From positions 3,317 through 67,316 of the forward strand of contig JBDRPX010000015.1 of assembly GCA_043826565.1 (NCBI GenBank): a DNA stretch of 64,000 nt, read 5' to 3'. The first letter of the stretch is position 1. Each line of letters opens with the position of its first letter. A program made the translations under genes and the position numbers. The DNA comes from Candidatus Omnitrophota bacterium. Lineage in GTDB: Bacteria > Omnitrophota > Gorgyraeia > B26-G9. Below the pieces are notes generated by a model. It searched no databases. It had not been told where the DNA came from and was given only the letters and a program-made list of their open reading frames with translations. Below are positions 1-10,437 of this stretch, one piece after another.

Positions 1-150
1 ACGCGACCCAGGGGTATTCCGCGTGATAACTGTGCACAAGCAAAATCTTTTTTCTCACGCCGGAAGCGCCCTCCTGCGCGAACAGCGCGGCTACGCTGAT
101 AAACAAAAGCAGGCTTACTACTACACTAATCTTTAGTATTTTTTTGTTCA
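1..150 (-). CDS. N-terminal fragment of a secreted protein truncated by the window edge (possibly another periplasmic binding protein)
   Basis: ATG at 150 on minus strand, translation MNKKILKISVVVSLLLFISVAALFAQEGASG... is signal-peptide-like; overlaps kinase stop by 25 bp; runs off the window. Confidence 0.3.
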
Positions 151-2276
151 TATCCGTCATCTCCTGTCTGTTCTTTTAAGGCATCAAAAACATCTTTTTC
201 TTTCACTAATTTCTTATTAACCAATATTTCCCCGATTTTTTTCTTTTCCTTGATAAAGTTTTTATCAATAGGAATGGTAAAATAAAAGGCGGCGCCTTCC
301 CCGAGGATAGATTCAACCCATATTTTACCTTTATGCATTTCTACGATCTTTTTAGCTATGGTCAATCCGGCCCCGGTTCCTTCGGTATCTTCTCTTCTTC
401 CTAGACGCTGAAAGATACCAAATACTTTTTCAAAATATTTTTCTTCTATCCCCGGGCCATTATCTTTTACATAAAATTCATAATACGGATCTTTCTTTGC
501 GCATCCAATTTCAACCACTGCCTTTTCTTTATCTAAAAATTTAACCGCGTTAGAAACAAGGTTTACAAATACTTCGGTTAAGCGAATCCGGTCACAATAG
601 ACTTTAGGCAATCTGCCCCGAATAAGCATCTCAACATTTTTCTCCTTTATCGCGTACTCAAGCCTAAGCTGTACCTCGGCAAGGATTTGACTGATTTCAA
701 TTTCTTCAAACGGATTTTTCTTTCGTTCAATGCGGGATATTTCCAGCAGATCTTCTATGAGCGCCTGCATGCGATGAGCGTTTGCCTGGATCCGCGCAAG
801 AAAATCCCGGCCTTCTTCACCAAGATTATCCTGGTAGTCATCAATAACAAATTTACTAAACGCGTGAATAGACCTTAACGGCTCTTTCAAATCATGTGAG
901 ATTATATACGTAAAATCATCCAGCTCCTTATTCACTTCCTCTATTTGCTTAGTGTAACTTTGCAAAGCCTGTTCTGCTTTTATCCTTTCGGTAATATCTT
1001 TAGCTATCCCCACTATCCCGATAGGAACCCCCGCCTTATTACACATCATCGATCCGGAAAAAAGCATCGGGATTCTACTGCCGTTTTTTCTTTTATACTC
1101 CACCTCATAATTACTGATAACTCCCTGCGCTAATACTTTTTGCAGCAGGATTTCCGCATCAGCGATAAGACTAATCTGCTGGCCCTGCAATTCCGATTCT
1201 GTATATCCTAATAATTGCTTAGTAATAACATTAACCCTCTGAATTTTTCCTTCGGTACTAAAAACAATTAAAGTGTCCAGGAAATTAGCAATAATATTTT
1301 CGATGTAGGTATTGACTTCTTCTAAGTCTTTCATCATATTAAGCGTTGCCTTCTGCGAATGCGAAAGCTCCTGGGTTCGATCATCAACTTTTTGCTCCAG
1401 AGTCCGGGACCAGTCTTCAATTTTTTCCTTAGCTTCAATTAACTCATCCCGAGATTTCTTTATGGAAGCAGTCATAACATTAAAAGAAGCTGCCAATTGG
1501 CCGATTTCATCACCGGACTTAATTGATACTGTTGTTGTTAAATCTCCGGCAGCCAGCCGGCGCGTTCCTTCCGCAAGCTTTAGAATGGGAACTGTCGAGA
1601 TCCTGGCTAAGACCATTGTAACCATTCCCGCGAACACAATAATTATTAAAGTAATAATTGTTCCTGTTCTCTGCGCCGCCAGAAGCAGGGCATCGGCTTT
1701 TTCCAAAGACAAAACTATGTGGACCCGGCCAATTGTTTTTTTGATAACTGTTTTCTGGTCTACAGCTAATCTTAACTCTTTTCCCGGCATAGCGTTATCA
1801 TCAGCATAAAACAAGCCTTCTTCATTCTGGTAAAGAGTTATTCCTTCGCTCTGCACTAGCGCGCAAACTTCGTAATATCTTGTATTATTAGTTCCGCGAA
1901 ACATTTGGACATGCGTTTTTTCAGCAAGCTGGGCTTCTTCAAAAATCTCTTTAGGGATTTGAAACTGCATTTCTTTTGCCCATTTTACAGCTAACCCCTT
2001 ACCTAAATTATCATATACCGAGCAATAAACAATCTCCGCCGATCTTAAACGATCGGTCAGCAGTTCATCCAGACTTGTTTGATTGTCTGTAAGCACCCCA
2101 TACTCCGCTTCGGAAGCAAGGTTCTCGGCCAATACAACCCCCTGCTCTTTATGGTTCTGGTAAATCATCTGACGTTCATGCCGAATAAAAAACACCCCTA
2201 AAACCCCCGCCACCGCAATAACAATAGCGGTGACAATTATAATAAATTTAAAATATAGACCGATTCTAATATTCAT
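126..2276 (-). CDS. sensor histidine kinase (periplasmic sensor domain, TM, HAMP, PAS, HisKA, HATPase_c)
   Basis: two TM segments flank a roughly 170-aa periplasmic region; HAMP-like linker; H-box SHDLKEPLRSI; G-boxes DNGPGI and GTGAGLTIAK. Confidence 0.9.
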   Translation of the reverse strand: MNIRIGLYFKFIIIVTAIVIAVAGVLGVFFIRHERQMIYQNHKEQGVVLAENLASEAEYGVLTDNQTSLDELLTDRLRSAEIVYCSVYDNLGKGLAVKWAKEMQFQIPKEIFEEAQLAEKTHVQMFRGTNNTRYYEVCALVQSEGITLYQNEEGLFYADDNAMPGKELRLAVDQKTVIKKTIGRVHIVLSLEKADALLLAAQRTGTIITLIIIVFAGMVTMVLARISTVPILKLAEGTRRLAAGDLTTTVSIKSGDEIGQLAASFNVMTASIKKSRDELIEAKEKIEDWSRTLEQKVDDRTQELSHSQKATLNMMKDLEEVNTYIENIIANFLDTLIVFSTEGKIQRVNVITKQLLGYTESELQGQQISLIADAEILLQKVLAQGVISNYEVEYKRKNGSRIPMLFSGSMMCNKAGVPIGIVGIAKDITERIKAEQALQSYTKQIEEVNKELDDFTYIISHDLKEPLRSIHAFSKFVIDDYQDNLGEEGRDFLARIQANAHRMQALIEDLLEISRIERKKNPFEEIEISQILAEVQLRLEYAIKEKNVEMLIRGRLPKVYCDRIRLTEVFVNLVSNAVKFLDKEKAVVEIGCAKKDPYYEFYVKDNGPGIEEKYFEKVFGIFQRLGRREDTEGTGAGLTIAKKIVEMHKGKIWVESILGEGAAFYFTIPIDKNFIKEKKKIGEILVNKKLVKEKDVFDALKEQTGDDGYEQKNTKD

Positions 2277-2303
2277 CGTAAAAACAAACTCCTTAACCTT
2301 ATC

Positions 2304-3266
2304 TTAATAAACAATATCTGCTTCATCAAAAACTGTTTCTGATAATTCAACCTGAATGGTTTTCGCGGTTTTTTGATTTACAGATAATAATGTTTTACGC
2401 GGAAATTCGACAGAAATACTTTCAATATTTTGACCGCCCAGTATTTTTATGGCCATTTGCGCTGCCTGCCGGCCGATATCATTATAATCACTTTCTAGAG
2501 CAAACAATGCCCCCCCTTTTACATACGCCGAAGAAAACGCCATAAACGGACATTTATTTCTTAGAGTTGCCAGTAAAATTTTTTGGGTTGTATTTGGATT
2601 AAATATTAATGGGTCAACCCCTCCCCACAAACACTCACTTTCTTTTAACACCATCTCCAGGTTCGGCATTACTTGGGCAGAGTTATTTACCGGAACAGCC
2701 TGCAGCTCAAAACCATACTGGCCGGCCGCGGCTTGGGCCTCCTCCGCCATCAATGTTTTAACCTCAGACTGATAGAGCATACCGATTTTTTTCACTTCAG
2801 GAAGAAATTTTTTTATATATTTAAACTGCTCGGCAATCGGGATATTTAAGGCAACTCCGGTAATATTTTTATTCCTGCCCCCGGAGATGATGCCGCTTTC
2901 CTCAGGGTTTAAAACCATAAAAAAGATTATCGGGATCCCGGGAATATTTTCTTTAGCAAATACCGCTGCTTTTGTTCCTAAAGCGATTATACTATCCGGA
3001 GCGGATTTATTGATTTCCTGAAGAATTTGACCAAACTCAGCTTCCGGGATTCGACTCAAATCATACTCCCGGTAAAAAGCCGGAACATTATTATCTTTTA
3101 GCTCCTGCTTAAAGCCGCTAAGCGCCTGGTTATATTGTAAAATTACCCGCGAATTAAGAACTACGATATTTGCTTTCTCTTGAGCAACCCCTGGGGTTAA
3201 GCGCCACCCCCAAAAGAGAAAAAAAGCAAAAATTAGAAATCCAATCTTATAAAAATGTTTTTTCAT
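2304..3266 (-). CDS. periplasmic substrate-binding protein of the ABC-type uncharacterized transport family often paired with sensor kinases
   Basis: signal peptide; periplasmic-binding fold pattern (IVVLNS..IIALGTKAA..GVALNIPIAEQ); 27 bp upstream of kinase gene. Confidence 0.6.
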   Translation of the reverse strand: MKKHFYKIGFLIFAFFLFWGWRLTPGVAQEKANIVVLNSRVILQYNQALSGFKQELKDNNVPAFYREYDLSRIPEAEFGQILQEINKSAPDSIIALGTKAAVFAKENIPGIPIIFFMVLNPEESGIISGGRNKNITGVALNIPIAEQFKYIKKFLPEVKKIGMLYQSEVKTLMAEEAQAAAGQYGFELQAVPVNNSAQVMPNLEMVLKESECLWGGVDPLIFNPNTTQKILLATLRNKCPFMAFSSAYVKGGALFALESDYNDIGRQAAQMAIKILGGQNIESISVEFPRKTLLSVNQKTAKTIQVELSETVFDEADIVY

Positions 3267-3540
3267 ATGACAAGACTTTATTAAATTGTTTAAGTTGGAA
3301 TTAAAAAAAATCCCGAATCACTGTTCAAAAAATGAACATTTCCCCGGGCTTAAGCATTGATCAATTGTTTTTCTCTTTCAGAAATAATACTTTGCATATT
3401 AGTACCCTTCATTAGAGGTCAAACAATATAATTTGGCGTTAAAATACCTCAAAACACAAGCAGAAACACATATATTGTTGTATTCTATATTATATTATGC
3501 TATTGTTTGATGTCAACGTTTTTCTTTAATACACATCTAA

Positions 3541-3574
3541 TAAAAAAGGCGGTCAAGCTGAAAGCTTGACCGCC
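3541..3574 (-). terminator. intrinsic terminator downstream of response regulator gene
   Basis: GGCGGTCAAGCT-GAAA-AGCTTGACCGCC hairpin preceded by A-run on plus strand (T-run in minus sense). Confidence 0.5.
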
Positions 3575-3590
3575 TTAACTGCTTTAGCTA

Positions 3591-4202
3591 TCACTCAGAA
3601 TCACCTTCTCCAAAACTAGGTCTTTTAGAAGGAGCATTATTAAACGCATCAGAAATTATTGTCTTCATTTCATATAAGTCGAACGGTTTAGCCAAAGAAG
3701 TATACGCGCCCATTTTCGCCGCCTCCAGATTCGTCTGCAATGTGCGATGAGCGCTTAGCATTATTACAGCAATATTGATATCTATTTCCTTAATTCTTTT
3801 TAATGTTTCTATCCCATCGATTCCCGGCATGCGGATATCCAGCAAAACCAGATCAGGCCGGTCTTTGCGCACAATTTCCAAAGCTTCGGTTCCATTGGAA
3901 GCCTTAAGCACTCGATATTCCTTTAATACTCTTTCAAAATAATCCTGAATTGTTTGGTCATCATCAACAATCAGGACAGTCTTAGCCCCTTTTGCATTGC
4001 TAACCGTATTAAACTGTTCAAGCTCCGGCTTTTCTTTAAATTGGCTCATCAGCCAAGCATCGATTAAGTCTTTGCGGAAACGCCATTCACTAGCAACTTT
4101 AAACGCGGGGATTTTCCCCTGCCTGGCCAGTTTATAAATAGTCATCTTATTCATTTGAAGATATTCTGCCACTTGAGCTATGTCCAGCAAATTTTCCGCC
4201 AT
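3591..4202 (-). CDS. response regulator with N-terminal excisionase/MerR-type HTH (HTH_17) and C-terminal receiver domain
   Basis: N-terminus IAQVAEYLQMNKMTIYKLARQGKIPAFKV matches excisionase-family HTH; the C-terminal half (LIVDDD..LLDIRMPGIDG..) is a CheY-like receiver. Confidence 0.8.
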   Translation of the reverse strand: MAENLLDIAQVAEYLQMNKMTIYKLARQGKIPAFKVASEWRFRKDLIDAWLMSQFKEKPELEQFNTVSNAKGAKTVLIVDDDQTIQDYFERVLKEYRVLKASNGTEALEIVRKDRPDLVLLDIRMPGIDGIETLKRIKEIDINIAVIMLSAHRTLQTNLEAAKMGAYTSLAKPFDLYEMKTIISDAFNNAPSKRPSFGEGDSE

Positions 4203-4505
4203 TTTACATCTCCTATTTTTTAACTGATATACCTTTCGCTCACTATTATATAATATCCTATAATATTATAATTTAATTTACACAAAAATTTCGTTTTTGT
4301 CAAGCACTTTATCTTGAACATGGCAGGATTTTAAACTGCCCTATTTTTTAGCAGAATTTTTGATTCTTTCTTGTTTTTCCTGAACTTGAAAGAACCTGAT
4401 TACTGTGATTAAAAACCCGATTACATCGATAACTAATTTAAAAATAATCTTTGTAATCTTTACCCTAATCTGTGTAATCAAGGGGCATTCTTAAATTCAG
4501 CTTAA

Positions 4506-6605
4506 TTAAGAATGGCCCGAATTTTTTCTTTTTTCTTCTACAATTGTTTCCGATATCGCAAACGGGACTTCTACATATTTTTCAAAATGCATGGAATATG
4601 TAGCACGTCCACTACTTAAAGAACGAATATCGCTGGCATAACCAAACATTTCCGATAGCGGCGCTTCCGCGGCGACAATCTGCTGTTTTCCTTTAATTTC
4701 CATACCCAGAACTTTTCCTCTGCGCCGGCAAACATCACCGACAATATCACCCACAGATTCCTCCGGGGTAGTTATTTCCAAAGACATATGGGGCTCCAGC
4801 AAAATCGGAGCGCCTTTCAGAAATGCCCGCTTAAAACATTCCGCTCCGGCAACCTTGAAAGCCATTTCCGAAGAATCAACTTCATGATAAGAACCATCCA
4901 CCAGGTCAACCCGGACATCAACAACCGGATACCCAGCATAGATTCCTTTTTTCATAACACTGATTATTCCCTTTTCTATCGCTGGAATATATTCGCGGGG
5001 GATAGATCCTCCGGTAATCTTATTATTAAATTCAAATCCATGGCCCGGCTCAGTAGGGTATATCTCAATTTTAACATGCGCGTATTGCCCCTTACCCCCG
5101 GTTTGCTTAACATGCTTATGGTTTTCCATGGCATTTTTAACAATAGTTTCCTTGTAAGCAACTTTTGGCTGACCGACAACAGCATCAACCTTAAACTCAT
5201 GTTTTAATCTGTCTATAATAATTTCCAGATGAAGCTCTCCCATTCCGGAAAGAATAGTTTCTTCTGTTTCCTGGTCTGTTGATATTGTAAACGTCGGGTC
5301 TTCTTCGGCAAGCCTGACCAGCCCCCTGCCAAGCCTTTCCTGATCCTGACGGCTTTGCGGATTAATACTCATGGACATTACCGGTGCCGGAAATTCTATG
5401 GCCTCCAAAATAACCTGCTTATCCGGATCGCACAAAGTATCTCCGGTAACCGTACGGTCTAATCCCACAACCGCGGCAATCTCTCCGGCATAAATAGCTT
5501 CAATGATCTCTCTTTGATTAGCATGCATCTGTAGAATTCTGCCCACACGCTCTTTTTTTCCTTTAGTCGAATTATACACATAGGAACCGGCTTTTAATTC
5601 TCCGGAGTAAACCCGCACATACACCAATTTACCCATATGCGGGTCAGCCTGTACTTTAAAAGCAAGTGCGGCAAAAGGCTCACTATCCTCCGGCTTGCGG
5701 GTAATCTTTTTTTCCGCATCATCAGGGTCTTTCCCTTCAATCGCCCCGATATCACTTGGTGATGGCAAATAATTAATGACCGCATCCAATAATTTCTGTA
5801 CTCCTTTGTTTTTAAATGCTGCCCCGCAAAGCACCGGAACAATCTTATTAGCAATCGTTCCAATACGAATTGCCTTTATTAACTCTTCTTTAGTAATTGA
5901 TTTTTCATCCTCAAGATATTTTTCCATGATAGAGTCATCTAATTCTGCTGCCTTCTCGATCATGATATGATAATATTCCTGGGCTATTTTTTTATATTCT
6001 TCCGGGATTTCTTCCTCATGAAAATTTTTCCCGAAAGAATCATCATCATAAATATACGCTTTCATTTCTATCAGATCAACAATTCCCCGAAAATTGTCTT
6101 CAGCCCCGATAGGAATCTGTAACGGAATTACATTCGCTTCCAGATTATGCTCTATTTCTTTTATAACTTCAAAAAAATCCGCGCCTATTCTATCCATCTT
6201 ATTAATAAAAGCCAGTTTCGGAACTTCATATTTATTAGACTGACGCCATACTGTCTCTGACTGCGGCTCCACACCCCCCACCGCGCAAAAAACCGCGATT
6301 GCTCCGTCTAAAATACGCAAACTGCGCTCAACCTCTACCGTAAAATCAACGTGTCCGGGAGTATCAATAATATTGATTCTAGTATCTTTCCAAAAACAGG
6401 TTGTTGCCGCAGAAGTGATTGTAATTCCTCTCTCCTGCTCCTGCTTCATCCAGTCCATCTGCGCTTTTCCGTCATGAACCTCGCCGATTTTATGCGAACG
6501 CCCGGTGTAAAACAGAATACGCTCGGTAACTGTAGTTTTTCCGGCATCAATATGCGCCATAATCCCAATGTTTCTTACTTTACTTAATTCGATTGTACGT
6601 GCCAT
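4506..6605 (-). CDS. fusA: translation elongation factor G (stand-alone copy, outside an rpsL-rpsG-fusA-tuf operon)
   Basis: G1-G4 motifs [21 protein letters not shown]; full five-domain length of 699 aa. Confidence 0.9.
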   Translation of the reverse strand: MARTIELSKVRNIGIMAHIDAGKTTVTERILFYTGRSHKIGEVHDGKAQMDWMKQEQERGITITSAATTCFWKDTRINIIDTPGHVDFTVEVERSLRILDGAIAVFCAVGGVEPQSETVWRQSNKYEVPKLAFINKMDRIGADFFEVIKEIEHNLEANVIPLQIPIGAEDNFRGIVDLIEMKAYIYDDDSFGKNFHEEEIPEEYKKIAQEYYHIMIEKAAELDDSIMEKYLEDEKSITKEELIKAIRIGTIANKIVPVLCGAAFKNKGVQKLLDAVINYLPSPSDIGAIEGKDPDDAEKKITRKPEDSEPFAALAFKVQADPHMGKLVYVRVYSGELKAGSYVYNSTKGKKERVGRILQMHANQREIIEAIYAGEIAAVVGLDRTVTGDTLCDPDKQVILEAIEFPAPVMSMSINPQSRQDQERLGRGLVRLAEEDPTFTISTDQETEETILSGMGELHLEIIIDRLKHEFKVDAVVGQPKVAYKETIVKNAMENHKHVKQTGGKGQYAHVKIEIYPTEPGHGFEFNNKITGGSIPREYIPAIEKGIISVMKKGIYAGYPVVDVRVDLVDGSYHEVDSSEMAFKVAGAECFKRAFLKGAPILLEPHMSLEITTPEESVGDIVGDVCRRRGKVLGMEIKGKQQIVAAEAPLSEMFGYASDIRSLSSGRATYSMHFEKYVEVPFAISETIVEEKRKNSGHS

Positions 6606-6764
6606 TTGTTTTCTCTCCTTTTTACAGCAATACGATATTATATTCTATAATAACATAAACACCTAATAGAATAGGCAAAGAATAAAATATACCCTATATT
6701 AAAGACTTTTGCAAGGAGAAATAATTATTTTATTATCTCCGGCTAAACAAAAACCCCTAATATC

Positions 6765-9700
6765 CTATATGGACTGGCTCACAAGACTCTGCGGGGACAT
6801 ACTGCTAATTGATTGTTTTGCTACTTCCGGAGATCTTCCCGTCTGTTCAGTTTTTCTTGGCCCAATAACCCCTAAAGCATTAAGCATCTCTATTAATTGT
6901 TTAATATCTTCCTGATACTCTTGCATGTTCGGAAGTCTTTTCCCTATTTCTACCCAACGCTGCTGACTATGCTCCCACTCTCCGCGGGCCGCGTCAATAT
7001 CCCCGGCATTAGCAAACTGCAACACATGAACAAATAATGGTCTGACTTTTTTGTGCAGCCTTTGTAATATTTTTTGTTGTTCTTCGGTCAATCCATGTAA
7101 TGGATCAACGGCGAATCTCTTTTGTTCTTTTTGTCTATATTGATTAATTTCTTTTTCAATAGACTCTCGCAATGCCCTTACGGCATGTTGGACTGCCGAA
7201 GATAATCGCCCGGGATTAGGGAATTCCTGCTCTAACATTATCAATACATTATTACATTCTTCTGCGCTATTTGCCTCTTGCAAATATTCCTCTATCAAAC
7301 TTAATGCTGCTTGAGCTTCTTTGGAAATTTCTCCTTCTTTGGCCCGCATGGGGACTGGCGCTGAAGGCTCAAGGATTTCCGGAGGAATTTCTCTTTGTCT
7401 TCTTCCGGGATATTCGCCGCGAGGTTTTTGTAAACTTTCTGCCAGATTAACCGCGGCTTCGACATCCGGAAATTTTTTACATAAATCCAAAAGCTCTTGG
7501 TTTTGCCCGTGCTTGTTTTTATCTCGGTAATGCGTGCGCTCTATTTTTGAACGCCAAGACATAAAAACCATGGCCCTTCTTTGGGTTATCTGAGAAGATC
7601 CTTCAGACAGTAATTGCTGACGCGCATCCTTAATGGCCTGATTTTGTTTAACTGCTGCTGGAATTTCTACTGCTTCTAAATCTTGCTGAAAATCTTGAAC
7701 ATTCCCATATTTCGTTTGCTCAACTGCCTCTAAAACCCGAACTCCTTCTTGTATTACTCTTGCCTCAATGTCAGCTACTAGAGGGTCTACAATTTTTTGG
7801 ACAACGATCATTCCACGAATCCCTTCAGGAAAAATCGCCGTGATTTGTTCGCGAACTTGCGCCATCGTGCTGCACTGCTGCGGATCAAACTGTACTGCTT
7901 TTTCTTTTGCCTGTTCTATCTGCTGAACGATCTCTTTAAACTGAGCCATTCTTTGTTCTGCCTGAGCAATTCTCTCCTGCTCTTGCCTGATCTTTGCCTT
8001 ATAAGTATCTTTTGCCTGCTCTAATAATGGGCGGGCCTCCGGAAAGTCTTTTACTTTTTCAAATGCTTCACGCGCACCGGTGATAAACTTTTCAATGTTG
8101 TCTATAGACACGCTTTGAAGTTCTGCAAGCGTTTGCCGGAATTCCTGCAAAGCTAAGTTTTTTCGCACTAATGTTTTGAATTCTTCTTTCTTTTGTTCTA
8201 CCCATTCCAGCAGCTTTGCCGCGGCTTCAACTTTTTTGTTTTCCTTTAAAATATCCGGGATCAACCTCTCAATTTTATCATCAACATCATTCTCCGCAGC
8301 GCAACTTGCCAAACTAAAATTTTCTATAGTTTGTTTTGTTTGCTGAATTGCCCCATTAATTCGCCTTTGTTTTTCTTCTTGGTCTAAACGGTCCTGCACC
8401 TGCCATCTCAGCTTTATTGTTTTTTCCCTCAGCCAACTAAAAAATGCTCTTGCCTCTTTGTCTAAACGGTTATCTCGAAGAACTTGCGGAACTAAAGCCT
8501 CAATCATTGTATCCGCAACATCAAGTGTCTCACATTGCGTAGAATCAAAATCTTCAATAGCTTTTGTTACAGCAACAATAGCTGCATCAATATTTCTTCT
8601 TAATGTTTCAGCTTGCTGTGTTTCTTTTTCTACTCTCACGGCAACTTCAGCCTGTTTTCCCAGCTTAATTGTTTCTAGCTCACCCATTAGCCGCATTACC
8701 CGAGGATCATTAGAATTACGCCGAAGCAATTTAGGAATAAGGCCATTTATTGCCCTATTAACATCTTCTGCGCTTATCAATCTGCTTGTATCTAAGTTCT
8801 GCGCATCATCTCGACATTCAGCAATTTTCGTTCCAATTAGAGGTTCTCTCTGCTCATCAGCATCAGCCTTTTTATCCAGAGCTTTAAGCCTCGCTTCTGC
8901 CGCCACAACTCCCGGACGATGTTTACTAACAAATGTCTCCACTATCTGCTGTGCCTGATAATCTTTTTTTAATTCAGCAGGCAAGGCTTCTGCAACTGCA
9001 GTATCAAAACCCCTTGTTTCCATAAACGAATCTATTTGCTCGGCCACTTGAGCTAAATTTACTCTAAGCTGTTCAATTTGATCTTTTCTTTCCTGCCGCG
9101 CCTGCTGGAAAATCTTTATCTTTGCCTCTGCGCCTTCCATTACCTGCCTTACCTTTGCTTTTACCTTTTCATTATCTTTTAAGTTCTTTGGGATCATTTT
9201 CTGTAAAGCCTTTAAAGCTGCTTCCACACTCTCATGTTCTTCAACTTTAAAATTACCCAGCTTTACACGTAATCCTTGGGGGAATTTTTTTTGTAGTTTT
9301 TCCCGGCGTTTTTGCTTAGCAGCTTCTGCTTTTTCTGCGTGCAATTGTTTATTTTCTTTGGCTTCTTTTTCTTTTTTTCTTTTATTAATCAAGCGCTCAA
9401 AAAATCTCTGGGTTTCATAATTAAACAACAAAAAACCAACGACAGCCACGCCCACAGTAATGGCTGTAGCAATATATTTATCCGGGATAGTTGCATAGCA
9501 AACAACTCCCACTCCTGTAACCACTCCTAAATATATGAGCGCAATATCTTTAGATCCTTTAGCAAAACGATACTTACCAATTTTCATGCGTTGCGGAACA
9601 TATCGTGGTTTATGGGAAAAACCCTGATCTTGAGAAGTCTTTTTTATCTGGATATATATCTGGGAGAAATTTTGTCCAAGAACTTGATTGCTAATTTGCA

Positions 9701-9833
9701 GCTTCGGAGATAAACACTCTGCAGCCCCAGAAAAGACAACACTCCCTGCTCCGGCCCAAGCAAAATCAAGCAAAAGAAAGGCCTGGATCAATATAATTGC
9801 GGTGATTTTAAGCCACTTATGTCTTTTAATCAT
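6765..9833 (-). CDS. membrane-anchored giant coiled-coil protein (1022 aa), function unknown
   Basis: N-terminal hydrophobic segment plus two TM helices at about residues 95-140, then roughly 850 aa of K/E/Q/A-rich heptad-like sequence; single long ORF. Confidence 0.6.
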   Translation of the reverse strand: MIKRHKWLKITAIILIQAFLLLDFAWAGAGSVVFSGAAECLSPKLQISNQVLGQNFSQIYIQIKKTSQDQGFSHKPRYVPQRMKIGKYRFAKGSKDIALIYLGVVTGVGVVCYATIPDKYIATAITVGVAVVGFLLFNYETQRFFERLINKRKKEKEAKENKQLHAEKAEAAKQKRREKLQKKFPQGLRVKLGNFKVEEHESVEAALKALQKMIPKNLKDNEKVKAKVRQVMEGAEAKIKIFQQARQERKDQIEQLRVNLAQVAEQIDSFMETRGFDTAVAEALPAELKKDYQAQQIVETFVSKHRPGVVAAEARLKALDKKADADEQREPLIGTKIAECRDDAQNLDTSRLISAEDVNRAINGLIPKLLRRNSNDPRVMRLMGELETIKLGKQAEVAVRVEKETQQAETLRRNIDAAIVAVTKAIEDFDSTQCETLDVADTMIEALVPQVLRDNRLDKEARAFFSWLREKTIKLRWQVQDRLDQEEKQRRINGAIQQTKQTIENFSLASCAAENDVDDKIERLIPDILKENKKVEAAAKLLEWVEQKKEEFKTLVRKNLALQEFRQTLAELQSVSIDNIEKFITGAREAFEKVKDFPEARPLLEQAKDTYKAKIRQEQERIAQAEQRMAQFKEIVQQIEQAKEKAVQFDPQQCSTMAQVREQITAIFPEGIRGMIVVQKIVDPLVADIEARVIQEGVRVLEAVEQTKYGNVQDFQQDLEAVEIPAAVKQNQAIKDARQQLLSEGSSQITQRRAMVFMSWRSKIERTHYRDKNKHGQNQELLDLCKKFPDVEAAVNLAESLQKPRGEYPGRRQREIPPEILEPSAPVPMRAKEGEISKEAQAALSLIEEYLQEANSAEECNNVLIMLEQEFPNPGRLSSAVQHAVRALRESIEKEINQYRQKEQKRFAVDPLHGLTEEQQKILQRLHKKVRPLFVHVLQFANAGDIDAARGEWEHSQQRWVEIGKRLPNMQEYQEDIKQLIEMLNALGVIGPRKTEQTGRSPEVAKQSISSMSPQSLVSQSI

Positions 9834-9988
9834 AATTAGTTAGCGTTTTCCCATTACATGAGCACAAGTCTACAATTTAAAAAGATTATAAAGTGTACCA
9901 CAAAAAGAAGGTTTAAGCAAATTAAACGATTGGCGTAACTGGCTAGAAATAAATTCGTTACATTTGTAATTAGGGGGAATAATAGAGG

Positions 9989-10297
9989 CTATTTCTTTTG
10001 GGCTTTAACGCGTTCAATATATTTAAACGCATTGAAGGATGCCTTTTCTTCCTGCCGCAGTAATTTATAAAACTCACAGTTAACACAGTTTTTCTCTTTG
10101 TCTTTTTGCGCGCCCTCAACAATTCCTACGCAAAAAGTCCCGCAGATATAAACACAGGCCCGGCCGCCGTTAGTGCCGCCGCAAAATCCCTGCGCCTCTT
10201 TTGCTTGCGCCGCCGGACAAACACCTAATTCCTTAGATTTAGCCCCATTAATGTTTCTGCCGCAGCCTTTAAATTCCCAACAATTCTGTTTTAACAT
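9989..10297 (-). CDS. small cysteine-rich protein, two-CW-domain-like (paralog 1)
   Basis: NCWEFKGCG..GTNGGRACVYICG..CVNCEFYKLLRQEE; shares motif order with the 32404..32703 product. Confidence 0.6.
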   Translation of the reverse strand: MLKQNCWEFKGCGRNINGAKSKELGVCPAAQAKEAQGFCGGTNGGRACVYICGTFCVGIVEGAQKDKEKNCVNCEFYKLLRQEEKASFNAFKYIERVKAQKK

Positions 10298-10365
10298 TAC
10301 CCTGCCTTTTTTAATAATAGTCTTATTTCTTATTATACTCCCAAAAAAAAGAAGAAGGCAATACT

Positions 10366-10414
10366 AAAAAATAAAGAGCAGCTTCTACATAATAAAAGCT
10401 GCTCTTTATTTTTC
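10366..10414. terminator. bidirectional intrinsic terminator
   Basis: AAAGAGCAGCTT...AAGCTGCTCTTT hairpin flanked by A-run and T-run. Confidence 0.45.
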
Positions 10415-10437
10415 CCCTTTTTCACACAAGCTCTTAG

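Noticed and set aside
1312-1809. Numerous 60-200-aa ORFs on the strand opposite to long genes (e.g. 1312..1809, 8458..8958, 19819..20274, 48101..48703, 38027..38341)
   Set aside because: They are fully embedded antisense to well-supported long CDS, have odd composition and no motifs; they are typical shadow ORFs.
4506-6605. EF-G as a TetM/TetO-type ribosomal protection protein
   Set aside because: It is 699 aa, contains EF-G-specific segments, and has no shortened domain IV loops characteristic of Tet(M)/Tet(O); a translation factor paralog is more likely.
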